Positions 43,676-55,505 of a DNA stretch of 64,000 bases are shown here, piece after piece. The stretch is from an uncultured Acidobacteriota bacterium. GTDB lineage: Bacteria; Acidobacteriota; Thermoanaerobaculia; Gp7-AA8. Position numbers and translations under genes: made by a program. Below the pieces are notes generated by a model. The model did no database searches. It saw nothing but the letters and a program-made list of their open reading frames with translations, and had not been told where the DNA came from. The stretch is taken from the NCBI GenBank assembly GCA_963822445.1, contig CAWGHO010000002.1:160001-224000 (forward strand). Reading direction: 5' to 3'. How positions within the stretch are numbered: position 1 is the first letter of the stretch; each line of letters begins with the position of its first letter.

Positions 43676-44442
43676 CGTGCCGGCTCACCGAACCTGTCGG
43701 TCAGAATCTTCCGCAGCGCGGAGCGAAGCAGATGCTCCTGGAGCTCACCGGCGATGGCCACGGCGATCGAGCCATTCTCTTCCGACACGACGATGACCAC
43801 CGCGTCGGTCTCCTCGCTCAAACCGAGCGCGGCACGGTGACGCGTGCCATGGGCAAGTTGCGGATTCGGTGACGACGTCAGCGGAAGGAACGCGTTTGCC
43901 GCGACGATGCGATTGCCGCGGATGATCACCGCGCCGTCGTGCAGCGGGCCGCCGGGCGTGAAGATCGAGACGAGCAGTTCCGTCGTCGCCAGCGCGTCGA
44001 CGGCCTTCGCGCCATCCTCATACATCCGCAGCGTCTGCCGGCCTTCGATGGCGATCAGTGCGCCGATGCGGCGCGACGCGAGGACATCGCAGGCATCGAG
44101 GATCGCGTCGTACGGCACGACCGGGCCGCGCGGGCGAAAGAGACTCGCGAATGGATTCACGCCCACGGCCGCGAGTCCGCGGCGGATCTCCTGCTGAAAC
44201 AGGACGATCACGGCGAAGGGCAGGTAGAAGAGGATCTGCCGCGAAATCGCTTCGAGCGCGGGCAGGTCGAAGGCGCGCGCGACGAAGGTCATCGAGCCGA
44301 GAATCATCAGACCGATGGAGATCTGCATGGCCCGCGTCCCGCGGATCACCGTGAGGATGTAATAGATGATGAGCGCGACGATGACCACGTCGACGGCGTC
44401 GCGCCAGGAGAAGTTGAGACGCGTGAAATCGAACGCGTTCAC
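43672..44442 (-). CDS. cdaA: Diadenylate cyclase CdaA
   Basis: Three TMs, FQQEIRR, LHDGA and GTRHRAALG motifs. Confidence 0.95.
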   Translation of the reverse strand: MNAFDFTRLNFSWRDAVDVVIVALIIYYILTVIRGTRAMQISIGLMILGSMTFVARAFDLPALEAISRQILFYLPFAVIVLFQQEIRRGLAAVGVNPFASLFRPRGPVVPYDAILDACDVLASRRIGALIAIEGRQTLRMYEDGAKAVDALATTELLVSIFTPGGPLHDGAVIIRGNRIVAANAFLPLTSSPNPQLAHGTRHRAALGLSEETDAVVIVVSEENGSIAVAIAGELQEHLLRSALRKILTDRFGEPAR

Positions 44443-45245
44443 CGGCGCGCCTCGATCGCCGCGAGCACCTTCAGAAAGTCGACGGTCTCGCGCACATCGT
44501 GAACGCGCACCATCGCCGCACCGCCGCGATACGCCGCCGCGACCGCGGCTAGCGATCCCGAGACGCGCTCCGGTCCCGCCGGGCGGCCGGTGAGATGTCC
44601 GATGAATGCCTTTCGCGACGCGCCGATGACCACGGGTGCGACCATCGACAGCTCCTCGCAGCGCGCCAGGATCTCCAGGTTGTGATCGAAGGTCTTGCCG
44701 AAGCCGATTCCGGGATCGATGAGGATCCGCGACGCGTCCACACCCGCGGCGATGGCCGCGTCGCGCCACTCGCTCAGTTCGCGAGCGACGTCGCTGACCA
44801 CCTCGTCGTACTGCGGGTTCTGCTGCATGGTCTTCGGCTCGCCGCGCATGTGCATGAGGATCACCGGCACCGCACGCGATGCCGCGAGTTTGCGCATCTC
44901 AGGATCGTGGCGCAGCGCGCTGACGTCGTTGATCAGATTCGCGCCCGCATCGAGCGCCGCCTCGGCCACCGCGGCTTTCCGCGTATCGATCGAGATCGGC
45001 ACATTGCTCCGCTTGCGGATGCCTTCGATGACGGGAATGACGCGACCGAGCTCTTCGTCGATCGAGACCGCGTCCGATCCGGGCCGCGTCGACTCGCCGC
45101 CGACGTCGACCATTGCCGCGCCGTCCCGTTCCATCTGCAGCGCCGACTCGATGGCGTGGCCGCGATCGAAATGCACGCCGCCGTCGGAAAAGGAGTCGGG
45201 GGTGACGTTCACGATGCCCATCACCTCGAGCGCGTGCAGTCGCAT
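44439..45245 (-). CDS. folP: Dihydropteroate synthase
   Basis: NVTPDSFSDGG, GGESTRPG, DPGIGFGK, SRK, RVHDV. Confidence 0.97.
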   Translation of the reverse strand: MRLHALEVMGIVNVTPDSFSDGGVHFDRGHAIESALQMERDGAAMVDVGGESTRPGSDAVSIDEELGRVIPVIEGIRKRSNVPISIDTRKAAVAEAALDAGANLINDVSALRHDPEMRKLAASRAVPVILMHMRGEPKTMQQNPQYDEVVSDVARELSEWRDAAIAAGVDASRILIDPGIGFGKTFDHNLEILARCEELSMVAPVVIGASRKAFIGHLTGRPAGPERVSGSLAAVAAAYRGGAAMVRVHDVRETVDFLKVLAAIEARR

Positions 45246-46538
45246 CTACGCGTCGACTTCGCGGACGATCTTTGCGCCCAGTGCATTCAGCCGCTGGTCG
45301 ATCCGCTCGTAGCCGCGGTCGATCTGGTGGACGCTGTGAATCATGCTCTCACCTTTCGCGCACAGCGCCGCGAGCAGCAGGGCCATGCCTGCGCGGATGT
45401 CCGGGCTGGAGATGTCCGCGCCGTACAACCGCTGCCCGCCGACGATGATGGCCCGGTGCGGATCGCAGAGGATGATCCGCGCGCCCATCTGGATCAGTTT
45501 GTCGGTGAAGAAGAGCCGCGACTCGAACATCTTCTCGAAGATCATCACCGTCCCCTCGGCCTGGGTGGCGATGACGATCATGATCGACAGCAGGTCCGCC
45601 GGAAACAGCGGCCACGGCCCGTCGTCGATCTTCGGAACCGCGGCGCCGATGTCGTAGCGCACGCGCAGGTTCTGGTCTTTCGGGACGCGGATGTTCTTGC
45701 CTTCGACCTTGATGTCGACGCCGAGCTTCTCGAGCATCATCCGCACCGCGTACATGTGCTCGGGGACGCCGTCCTCGATCAGCAGCTCGCTGCGGGTGAC
45801 CGCGGCCAGGCCGATGTACGAACCAACTTCGATGTGATCGCTGGCGATGCGGAAGTCGCCGCCGTGCAGCGCTTCCACGCCCTTGATGCGGAGCTGGTTG
45901 GTGGCGATGCCGTCGATCTGCGCGCCGAGGCTGATCAGGAAGTGGCAGAGGTCCTGGACGTGCGGCTCGGCGGCGGCGTTGTAGATCAACGTGTCGCCCT
46001 CGGCCAGCACCGCGGCCATGACCGCGTTCTCGGTCGCCGTCACCGATGCTTCATCGAGAAACATCCGCTTGCCCTTGAGCGCGCGGGCTTCCATCCGGTA
46101 TTCGCTCGCGGAGACCTCGATCTGCGCGCCGAGCGCTTCGAGCGCGAGGAGGTGCGTGTCCACGCGGCGGCGGCCGATCGCGTCACCGCCGGGCTTCGCG
46201 ACGGCGACTCGTCCGCAACGCGCGAGAAGCGGGCCGGCGAGGAGGATCGACGCGCGGATCTTCCGGGAAAGGTCGGAGTCGGGCTCGCATTTGATGTCGC
46301 CCTTCGCATGAATGCGGACGACGTTCTGCTCGATCTTCTCGACGGACGCGCCGAGGCCTTCCAGGATCTGGAGCATGACCCGGACGTCCTGAATGTCGGG
46401 CAGATTGCGGAGGATGATCGGCTCGTCGGTGAGCAGGCAGGCCGCGAGGATCGGCAGGGCCGCGTTCTTGTTTCCACCCGGCCGGATCGTCCCCTCGAGC
46501 CGGTGCCCGCCCTCGACTACAAAACGCTCCAGTGGCAT
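45246..46538 (-). CDS. murA: UDP-GlcNAc enolpyruvyl transferase
   Basis: KNAALP, RASILLAGP, PGGDAIG, SVTATEN, DIRAG, DRGYE. Confidence 0.96.
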   Translation of the reverse strand: MPLERFVVEGGHRLEGTIRPGGNKNAALPILAACLLTDEPIILRNLPDIQDVRVMLQILEGLGASVEKIEQNVVRIHAKGDIKCEPDSDLSRKIRASILLAGPLLARCGRVAVAKPGGDAIGRRRVDTHLLALEALGAQIEVSASEYRMEARALKGKRMFLDEASVTATENAVMAAVLAEGDTLIYNAAAEPHVQDLCHFLISLGAQIDGIATNQLRIKGVEALHGGDFRIASDHIEVGSYIGLAAVTRSELLIEDGVPEHMYAVRMMLEKLGVDIKVEGKNIRVPKDQNLRVRYDIGAAVPKIDDGPWPLFPADLLSIMIVIATQAEGTVMIFEKMFESRLFFTDKLIQMGARIILCDPHRAIIVGGQRLYGADISSPDIRAGMALLLAALCAKGESMIHSVHQIDRGYERIDQRLNALGAKIVREVDA

Positions 46539-46608
46539 CGGGCGCGGATTGTAGTACGTGCCGCTGTGAGACAATGCGCCGTTCGTCCAAACCCAACCGG
46601 AGCCCACC

Positions 46609-48594
46609 TTGTCCATCACACCCCGTTCAGTTTTCCTCTGCCTGTCTGTCCTCCTTGCGGTGAACGCCTACGCCGCGTGCGATGAACCGGTGCTCACGCA
46701 GTTGCCCTCTGTCACCGTAGGCTTCAACCCGCTGGCTGTTGCCCTGGTGGACTTCGACAAAGACGGGAACCTCGATCTCGCCACGCCACGGAACTCCCAG
46801 GCGGATGGATACAGCGTGTGGGTGCAGTACGGCAACGGCGACGGGACATTCGACGCCGGCGTTCCGTATGCGGCCGGCGAGCGGTATCCGGTGCGGCTGA
46901 TCGCCGCGGACGTGAACGATGACACGTGGCCCGACCTCGTCACGGCAAATTACGACGCGAGCAGCTTCGGTGTGCTGCTGAACGATGGCGACGGGACATT
47001 CGCGGCGCCTCAGTTGACCTCGACGGTGTTTTCGCCGGCGCGCGTCGTGGCCGGCGATGCGAATGGCGATGGCAATCTCGACATCGGCGTCGTGGGCATT
47101 ACCAGCGCCCAGGTCCACTTCGGCAATGGCAACGGCACGTTTACCGGGACGAAGGTCCTGACACTCGATGGATTTCCACAGGACGTCGCATTCGGTGATT
47201 TCGACGGGAACGGCACCACCGACATCGCCGCGTACGGCAAACCGCCCAATTACGGTCCGCCCACCACACCCGATCCGTCGACGGTGACGATTCATTTCCG
47301 CGCCAACAACGGCACGTATACGACGTCGACGATCACCGAGACCGGGAACAGCGAAGGAGTTCTGCTCGCGAAAGATCTGAACGGCGACGGCAAAGCCGAC
47401 CTCATCGCCGGGCACGGGCATCGGAATATGGTGACCGTGCACCTTCGGAGCGGGAGCTCATTCACAGTCACGGACTACGCCGCGGGCAGCGTGGTCAACG
47501 AGCTGGGATTGACCGACATGAACGAGAACGGGAAGGACGATCTCGTCGTTGCTACAGGCAATACGGGCCTTTTCCCTATCTTTCTGGGAAACGGAGACGG
47601 TACGTTCGGTCAACCGGAGCAGACCGCCGCCGGAGGCTCGGCGCTCCAGGGCCTTGGCCTCGGAGACGTGGACGGTGACTTCCGCACGGACATCGTTCTG
47701 GGCGACTCTGCGCAGGACAAGGCGCACATCTTCCAGAACAACTGCTCGCCGCGTTACGCCGGGACCACGCTCTCGTCTTCCCCGAACCCGTCGATCGTCA
47801 CCCAGGGCTTCAATCTCACGGCGACGATCTCTGTGAATGGAACGATCGATCCGACGGGCACCGTGTCGTTTTACGAAGGCGACGCGCTCCTCGGCACCGT
47901 TTCGGTGAACCCGGCTGCGCGCACCGCGACGCTCCTCATAAGCAACGCCACCACCGGCCAGCACACGTACACCGCGACGTACAACGGCGACAGCGAGTTC
48001 GGCGAGTCGACGGACACGCATTCGCACACGGTCACCCTGCCTCCGTTCGGCGCTCCGAGCTCGTTCACGGCAACGGGCAACCCGAACGGCGAAGTGTTCA
48101 TGCAGTGGATCGGGACGCAGGACGCGGTCGAGTACGAACTGCTCCGTCAGGTCGGGGGGACGTGGAGCGTCATCGGAAGCACGGGCACCACCTCGCTCCT
48201 GTTCACGCCCGGACCTGGAAGCTGGTTCTACGCGGTTCGCGCGGTGAACGGCACCGGCACGCGCAGCGGCCAGTCGGTCGACCTCGCATCGACGGTCGCC
48301 TTCACCTATCCGACGCTGGCGGCGGGATCGATCATCCACGGCGCCGACGTCATCGATCTGCGGTCGATCATCGACGGATTCCGCTCGTCGGCAGGGCTCG
48401 GTGCGTACACGTTCACGGATCCGAGCCTCAGCGGCGCGGTGGTGAAGGCGGTGCACGTGGCTGATCTTCGCATCGGGCTGTCGCAGGCGATGAGCCAGGC
48501 CGGTATGAATCTGCCGACGTTTGGCCGCTCGATCACGACCGGGCTGGTGATCCTCGCCAACGATCTAGTGGAGATACGCGCCAAGATCAGGTAA
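46609..48594 (+). CDS. Secreted FG-GAP/VCBS-repeat protein with Ig-like and FN3-like domains
   Basis: Signal peptide; DFDKDGNLDL-type repeats; GNGDGTF; SSSPNPS..G..TGTVSFYEG. Confidence 0.85.
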   Translation: MSITPRSVFLCLSVLLAVNAYAACDEPVLTQLPSVTVGFNPLAVALVDFDKDGNLDLATPRNSQADGYSVWVQYGNGDGTFDAGVPYAAGERYPVRLIAADVNDDTWPDLVTANYDASSFGVLLNDGDGTFAAPQLTSTVFSPARVVAGDANGDGNLDIGVVGITSAQVHFGNGNGTFTGTKVLTLDGFPQDVAFGDFDGNGTTDIAAYGKPPNYGPPTTPDPSTVTIHFRANNGTYTTSTITETGNSEGVLLAKDLNGDGKADLIAGHGHRNMVTVHLRSGSSFTVTDYAAGSVVNELGLTDMNENGKDDLVVATGNTGLFPIFLGNGDGTFGQPEQTAAGGSALQGLGLGDVDGDFRTDIVLGDSAQDKAHIFQNNCSPRYAGTTLSSSPNPSIVTQGFNLTATISVNGTIDPTGTVSFYEGDALLGTVSVNPAARTATLLISNATTGQHTYTATYNGDSEFGESTDTHSHTVTLPPFGAPSSFTATGNPNGEVFMQWIGTQDAVEYELLRQVGGTWSVIGSTGTTSLLFTPGPGSWFYAVRAVNGTGTRSGQSVDLASTVAFTYPTLAAGSIIHGADVIDLRSIIDGFRSSAGLGAYTFTDPSLSGAVVKAVHVADLRIGLSQAMSQAGMNLPTFGRSITTGLVILANDLVEIRAKIR

Positions 48595-48603
48595 CTTCGA
48601 CCC

Positions 48604-49422
48604 ATGCTCATCGCCCCCCTCTCGTCCGGCAGCGCGGGCAACGCGTACTGGTTCGAGAGCGATGGGACGGCCATTCTCGTGGACGCCGGCCTCGGGCCGC
48701 GGGAAACGAAGAAACGGCTGGAGATCGTCGGGCGAGGCATCGAGAACCTCAAAGCGATCGTCGTCACGCACGAGCATTACGACCACATCCGCGGCGCGGA
48801 GAAAATCGCCCGCAAATATGAGATTCCGATTTACCTGACGCGCGGCACGCTCGAAGGCTCGACCATCGACCGCGCGGAGACGAAAACGGTGGTCTTCGAG
48901 AACGACTCGACCTTCACCATCGGCGAGCTGCAGGTGCACGCGCGGAAGACGATTCACGACGCCGCCGATCCGGCCTGCTTCGTGGTCGAAGCGCGAGACG
49001 GCACACGGGTCGGCATCGCCAGCGACCTCGGATACGTGAACCGCGAAGTGCTGACGCATCTCACCGGCTGCGACGGCCTGTTCTTCGAGTCGAATCACGA
49101 CCTGGACATGCTCCGCCTCGGCTCGTACCCGTGGTCGCTCAAGCGCCGGATCATGTCGCGCTACGGCCACCTGTCAAACGACGACTCCCTCAACGCCGTG
49201 CAGCGACTCCTCGGCGCGGAGCTGAAGACGCTCTGCATGATCCATCTCTCGCAGAAGAACAACCACGAGTCGATCGTCCGAGACATGTGCACGCGCCTCC
49301 TGAACCGCACCGGCGCCAGCATCGAATTCGCGATCGCCAAGCAGTTCGAGCCGACGGGCTTGTTCGACGTCGCGCGGCGCCGCGAGCGGACGCCGATGCC
49401 GGGGCAGATGTCGCTGTTTTGA
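48604..49422 (+). CDS. MBL-fold metallo-hydrolase (YycJ/WalJ-like)
   Basis: SSGSAGN, THEHYDH, HDAADP, ESNHD, GHLSN, HLSQKNN. Confidence 0.88.
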   Translation: MLIAPLSSGSAGNAYWFESDGTAILVDAGLGPRETKKRLEIVGRGIENLKAIVVTHEHYDHIRGAEKIARKYEIPIYLTRGTLEGSTIDRAETKTVVFENDSTFTIGELQVHARKTIHDAADPACFVVEARDGTRVGIASDLGYVNREVLTHLTGCDGLFFESNHDLDMLRLGSYPWSLKRRIMSRYGHLSNDDSLNAVQRLLGAELKTLCMIHLSQKNNHESIVRDMCTRLLNRTGASIEFAIAKQFEPTGLFDVARRRERTPMPGQMSLF

Positions 49423-49424
49423 CA

Positions 49425-49501
49425 GTTCCGGGGTTGCGGGGTTGCGGGGTTACGAGGGAGTCAACCACCCCGAAACCCCGTAACCCCGAAACCTCGTAAC
49501 C
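49425..49501. repeat. Tandem-octamer inverted-repeat hairpin (GTTNCGRG x4, inverted x4)
   Basis: gttccggg gttgcggg gttgcggg gttacgag ... ccccgaaa ccccgtaa ccccgaaa cctcgtaa. Confidence 0.9.
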
Positions 49502-49518
49502 ACTACAATCGCCCCCGC

Positions 49519-49767
49519 ATGAAAGCCACCGTCATCGTCGAGCTCAAACCCTCCGTCCTCGATCCCCAGGGCAAGGCCATCGAGCATTCGCTGAGCTCGC
49601 TCGGGTTTGCGGGTGTGGAAGATGTCCGGGCCGGCAAACTGTTTCGAATCACGCTTGCGGACAGTGGCCAGACACGGGAGGACGTCGAATCACAACTTCG
49701 GCAAATGTGTGAGCGGCTCCTCGCGAACACGGTCATCGAGAAGTTCTCCTACACTCTCGAAGACTAG
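49519..49767 (+). CDS. purS: FGAM synthase subunit PurS
   Basis: [25 protein letters not shown]. Confidence 0.95.
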   Translation: MKATVIVELKPSVLDPQGKAIEHSLSSLGFAGVEDVRAGKLFRITLADSGQTREDVESQLRQMCERLLANTVIEKFSYTLED

Positions 49768-50854
49768 TCTCACCGCACTTTTGCTGCTGCTGACCGCGGG
49801 TGCCGCTCTCGGCCAAACGGGGAGCGACGCTTTGAAGCCGTCACCGACGCGCGACCGCAAAGTCGTGCGTCGGTGGGCTCTTCCCGGCGACCCGCGCGGC
49901 GTCGCCCTCGGCGCGGACGGCACGATCTACGTCGGACTGGCCGAGCCGCAGGCAGTCCTGGCCATCGACCCAACCACCGGCGCGATCAAGCGGCGCGTAG
50001 TCCTCGATTCCGCGGAGATCGCGTCGACCAAAGAGCTGGTCACCTTCCGCACGAATCCCGCTCGCACGCGGCTGTACATCGCGAATGGCAGCGACGAAAG
50101 CGCGACGATCCTCTCGCTCCCCGACCTCGCCGTGCTGCGCGAGATCACCATGGAGGGCGAAACGATCCGCGACGTCATCCCCGATCCGAAAGGCCGCTAC
50201 CTCTACATCCTCGGCCGCCAGGTGCACGTTTACGACGGCGAAGGCGATCGCGAGTTGCGCACGCTTCCCATCGAAGATCCGATGGCCATCGCCGCGAGCG
50301 CGAATGGCGCAGCACTCGCGGTTTTTGCGACGGAGGATTTCGGGAACGCGAAAGCGACCGTGGTGGCGATGTACGACACGACGACGTTCGCCGAGGTTGC
50401 GCGCGATCCGCTGCAGACGGAGAAGGCGGTCGAGGGTGCGCTGTTCGCCGATCGCGACCGCTCGGTCATCGCCTTCGCCCGCGACTCCCTGTTCGAAAAG
50501 CCCGTGGTGTCGAAGCCGGCCCGGGCGATGGCCCGGCAGAACGGCAACGGCCCGATGACCATGACCATCAACTTCGGCGACCTGGTGAACAGCAATCGCA
50601 TCTGTCTGCCCGAAGGCAGCGGCCCGCAGATCGCCACGACCGCCGCTAACGACACGTTGCTGGTTTACGGCGAACGCCGCTGCAGCGCGAGCGGAGCGTT
50701 CTCCGGCTCCGCGCGCAACGTGACGCCGGCATCGCTTTACGGCGTCAGCGCGTACGCGCTCGCGTATGACCGGCAGAACAACGTGATCGTGGCAACGGAT
50801 CGCGAGGGGTTCCTGACGATCTACCTCGTGCCGCGGCCGGCGATCGCGAAGTAA
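49709..50854 (+). CDS. Exported beta-propeller protein (YncE-like); start uncertain
   Basis: Signal-like [15 protein letters not shown]; [29 protein letters not shown]. Confidence 0.65.
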   Translation: MSGSSRTRSSRSSPTLSKTSLTALLLLLTAGAALGQTGSDALKPSPTRDRKVVRRWALPGDPRGVALGADGTIYVGLAEPQAVLAIDPTTGAIKRRVVLDSAEIASTKELVTFRTNPARTRLYIANGSDESATILSLPDLAVLREITMEGETIRDVIPDPKGRYLYILGRQVHVYDGEGDRELRTLPIEDPMAIAASANGAALAVFATEDFGNAKATVVAMYDTTTFAEVARDPLQTEKAVEGALFADRDRSVIAFARDSLFEKPVVSKPARAMARQNGNGPMTMTINFGDLVNSNRICLPEGSGPQIATTAANDTLLVYGERRCSASGAFSGSARNVTPASLYGVSAYALAYDRQNNVIVATDREGFLTIYLVPRPAIAK

Positions 50855-50864
50855 ACTTCCTCCC

Positions 50865-51566
50865 ATGAAATTCGGCGTGGTTCTCCTTCCCGGCTCGAAT
50901 TGCGATCACGACGCTCTCCACGTCGCCAAAGACGTCCTCGGCGCGGACGCGGAACTCCTCTGGCACAAGGACACCGATCTCAAAGGCGCCGACTGCGTGA
51001 TCGTCCCGGGCGGCTTCGCGTACGGTGACTACCTCCGCGCCGGCGCGCTCGCGAAATTCGCTCCGATCATGGAGCCCATCCGCCGTCACGCCGAAGCAGG
51101 CGGACTCGTACTCGGAATCTGCAACGGCTTTCAGGTGCTGACCGAAGTGGGATTGCTGCCCGGCGCGCTGATGCGCAACCAGCACCTCCGCTTTCTCAGC
51201 CGCGAGGTTCGTCTGCGGACCGAAGAGATCGATACGCCGTTCACGTCGGTGATGCAGAAGGGCGATGTGTTCAGCGTTCCGATCGCGCACGGCGAAGGGA
51301 ACTACTTCGCCGACGAGGAAACGCTCGACGAGCTGGAGCGCAACCGCCAGGTGATCTTCCGCTACTGCGACGAAGAAGGGCGGCTGACCGCGGACGCGAA
51401 TCCGAACGGCTCCGCGCGCAACATCGCCGGCATCTGCAACCGCGCCCGCAACGTCCTCGGCATGATGCCCCACCCCGAACGGTGCGCGGAGTCGATCCTC
51501 GGCAACGCCCAGGGCCTGCAGGTGTTCAGGTCGATCGCGGCGTCGTTCGCCGGCGTCAGCGTCTGA
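50865..51566 (+). CDS. purQ: FGAM synthase subunit PurQ
   Basis: [32 protein letters not shown]. Confidence 0.97.
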   Translation: MKFGVVLLPGSNCDHDALHVAKDVLGADAELLWHKDTDLKGADCVIVPGGFAYGDYLRAGALAKFAPIMEPIRRHAEAGGLVLGICNGFQVLTEVGLLPGALMRNQHLRFLSREVRLRTEEIDTPFTSVMQKGDVFSVPIAHGEGNYFADEETLDELERNRQVIFRYCDEEGRLTADANPNGSARNIAGICNRARNVLGMMPHPERCAESILGNAQGLQVFRSIAASFAGVSV

Positions 51567-52710
51567 TCTCCAGCGGAATCACGCTGTTCGCAGGGGCCGG
51601 TGACGGAATCGGTCTGCTGAACTTCACCATGTTCGCGGTCACGATCCACTGACCGTCCGAGCACTGCGACTGCGATCCGCTGCGCAGCCCGAGGGCGTGC
51701 TCGGTCAGCTCGAGCTCGGCGCGGAGGCGGAAGAGCCGATGCCAGATACCCATGATGTTCGGCGTGACGACCTTCGCCGGCCCATTCCACCACGACACTT
51801 CTTCCAGGCGCTTGCCGGCGTAGCCCACACTATCGAACGCGCAGACGTTCATCCTGGCGATGTCCGTGGCGGTCTCGCGCTGATGGGCGACGAGGTCCGC
51901 GCGCGACAGCTCGAGATACGGCGCTTTGATCGTGCGTTCCACGAACCGCTTCAGGGGATTCTCCTGGTGGGCAGCGCTCTCGGCGTACTCGCGAATCGAT
52001 GCAGAAATCAGCCAGGTATCGGCCTGCGACGCGGCGAGCATCGCCTTGCGATAATCGAAGGTCCGGACCTCGTCGAACCACGCCGGTGCGGGCGCCGGCA
52101 TCTTCCGCGCGGCCGCGATCATGTTTCGATCGATGGCCATGGCGATGAGCGCAGAGATGAGCTCGGGCCGCTTCCACAGAGCGCGACTGAGTTCGTGTTG
52201 CGCGCGAAGGTCGTCCCACGCGCCCGCATCGCCGAGCCGCGCACGCTCGAGGGCGCTGGCGGTCAGGAGACGGCTGAGCCTCATGTGCGCGAGGAGATTC
52301 GGCAGCGGCGCGCTCGTGCCGCGGGCGATGTCGACCTCCCAGCCGATCGGCCGGCCTGACAGAAGATGCCTGCGGATCGCGGCGACTTCCGGCGGGAGCG
52401 GCGGTGCCGGCTCGATGGTCCTGTCGGTGCGTTGCAATTGTCTGCGGGTGTACTCGGCGACGACATCTGGCGCCTGGGGCCGGCTCCGTTTGTCGAACTC
52501 GATGCCGGCGTCTTTCGCGATCCGGACCAGCTCCGTCGCCGCCGCGGTGCGAGTTTGCTTCGGGTAGCGCGACGGCACCGCGTCGAGGCGGCCCAATCCC
52601 ATCGGCCATTCCCGCGCAGCGACCGTGCTCTTCTTGCTTTTCGCCGCGGCAGCGGCGATCAGCCAGATGGCGACGATCGCGATCGACAACCCGAGGACGA
52701 TTTTCTTCAT
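51556..52710 (-). CDS. Hypothetical exported or membrane-anchored protein
   Basis: 384-aa ORF, N-terminal hydrophobic helix, AGGAG SD. Confidence 0.65.
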   Translation of the reverse strand: MKKIVLGLSIAIVAIWLIAAAAAKSKKSTVAAREWPMGLGRLDAVPSRYPKQTRTAAATELVRIAKDAGIEFDKRSRPQAPDVVAEYTRRQLQRTDRTIEPAPPLPPEVAAIRRHLLSGRPIGWEVDIARGTSAPLPNLLAHMRLSRLLTASALERARLGDAGAWDDLRAQHELSRALWKRPELISALIAMAIDRNMIAAARKMPAPAPAWFDEVRTFDYRKAMLAASQADTWLISASIREYAESAAHQENPLKRFVERTIKAPYLELSRADLVAHQRETATDIARMNVCAFDSVGYAGKRLEEVSWWNGPAKVVTPNIMGIWHRLFRLRAELELTEHALGLRSGSQSQCSDGQWIVTANMVKFSRPIPSPAPANSVIPLEIRR

Positions 52711-52747
52711 GGAGGGCTCCTATAGAATCCTCGCCCCGAGGACCGAT

Positions 52748-54700
<1,953 letters not shown>

Positions 54701-54783
54701 GGCTCAGAGGCTCAAAGGCTCAGAGGCTCAAAGTGAGCCCGCAGTCCTTTGCGCCTTTGCGCCTTTGCGCCCTTGAGCCTTGA
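54701..54783. repeat. Tandem-octamer inverted-repeat hairpin (GGCTCARA x4, YTTGMGCC x4)
   Basis: Fills the acs-SDR spacer; its end supplies the TTG start of the next gene. Confidence 0.9.
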
Positions 54784-55505
54784 ACAAAGTTGCCCTCATC
54801 ACCGGCGGCGCCCGCGGCATCGGCCGCGTCACCGCCATGCGCCTGCTGCTCGACGGGTGGTCGGTCGCGTTTACGTACTCGCAATCCAAAGAGGCGGCGG
54901 AAGCGTTCGAGGCCGAATCAAAAGGGAACGCAGTCGCGTTTCAGGCGGATGTTCGTGATGGCGCGGCCGCGTCGCGCGTGGCCGAACAGGTGCTCGCGCG
55001 GTTCGGTGCGATCGACGCGCTGGTCAACAACGCCGGCGTCCGCCGCGATGCGCTGCTCTACAACATGAGCTCGGAGCAATGGAATGAAGTGCTCGACACG
55101 AATCTCGGCGGCGTCTTCGCGACGACGAAAGCGGTTCTGCCGGCAATGATGCAGCAGCGCCGCGGGGCGATCGTGAACGTCGCTTCGCTCTCCGGATTGC
55201 ACGGCGTCGTCGGTCAGACGAATTACTCCGCCGCGAAAGGCGCGCTCGTGGCCATGACCCGGTCCCTGGCGCGCGAGACCGCGCGCAGCGGCATCCGCGT
55301 GAACTGCGTCGCGCCGGGCTTCGTCGAAACGGACATGACCACGGACATCGACGCGGAAGTGAAGCGGGAGATGATCCGCCAGATCCCCATGCGCCGGGCC
55401 ATTCGCGCGGATGAAGTCGCGGCGGCGATCGCCTTCCTCCTGTCCGACGACGCCAGCGGAATTACCGGTCAGGTGCTGGCGATTGACGGTGGCGCTTCCG
55501 CATGA
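54780..55505 (+). CDS. FabG-like SDR (3-oxoacyl-ACP reductase family)
   Basis: TGGARGIG, NNAG, YSAAK, APGFVETDMT. Confidence 0.85.
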   Translation: MNKVALITGGARGIGRVTAMRLLLDGWSVAFTYSQSKEAAEAFEAESKGNAVAFQADVRDGAAASRVAEQVLARFGAIDALVNNAGVRRDALLYNMSSEQWNEVLDTNLGGVFATTKAVLPAMMQQRRGAIVNVASLSGLHGVVGQTNYSAAKGALVAMTRSLARETARSGIRVNCVAPGFVETDMTTDIDAEVKREMIRQIPMRRAIRADEVAAAIAFLLSDDASGITGQVLAIDGGASA

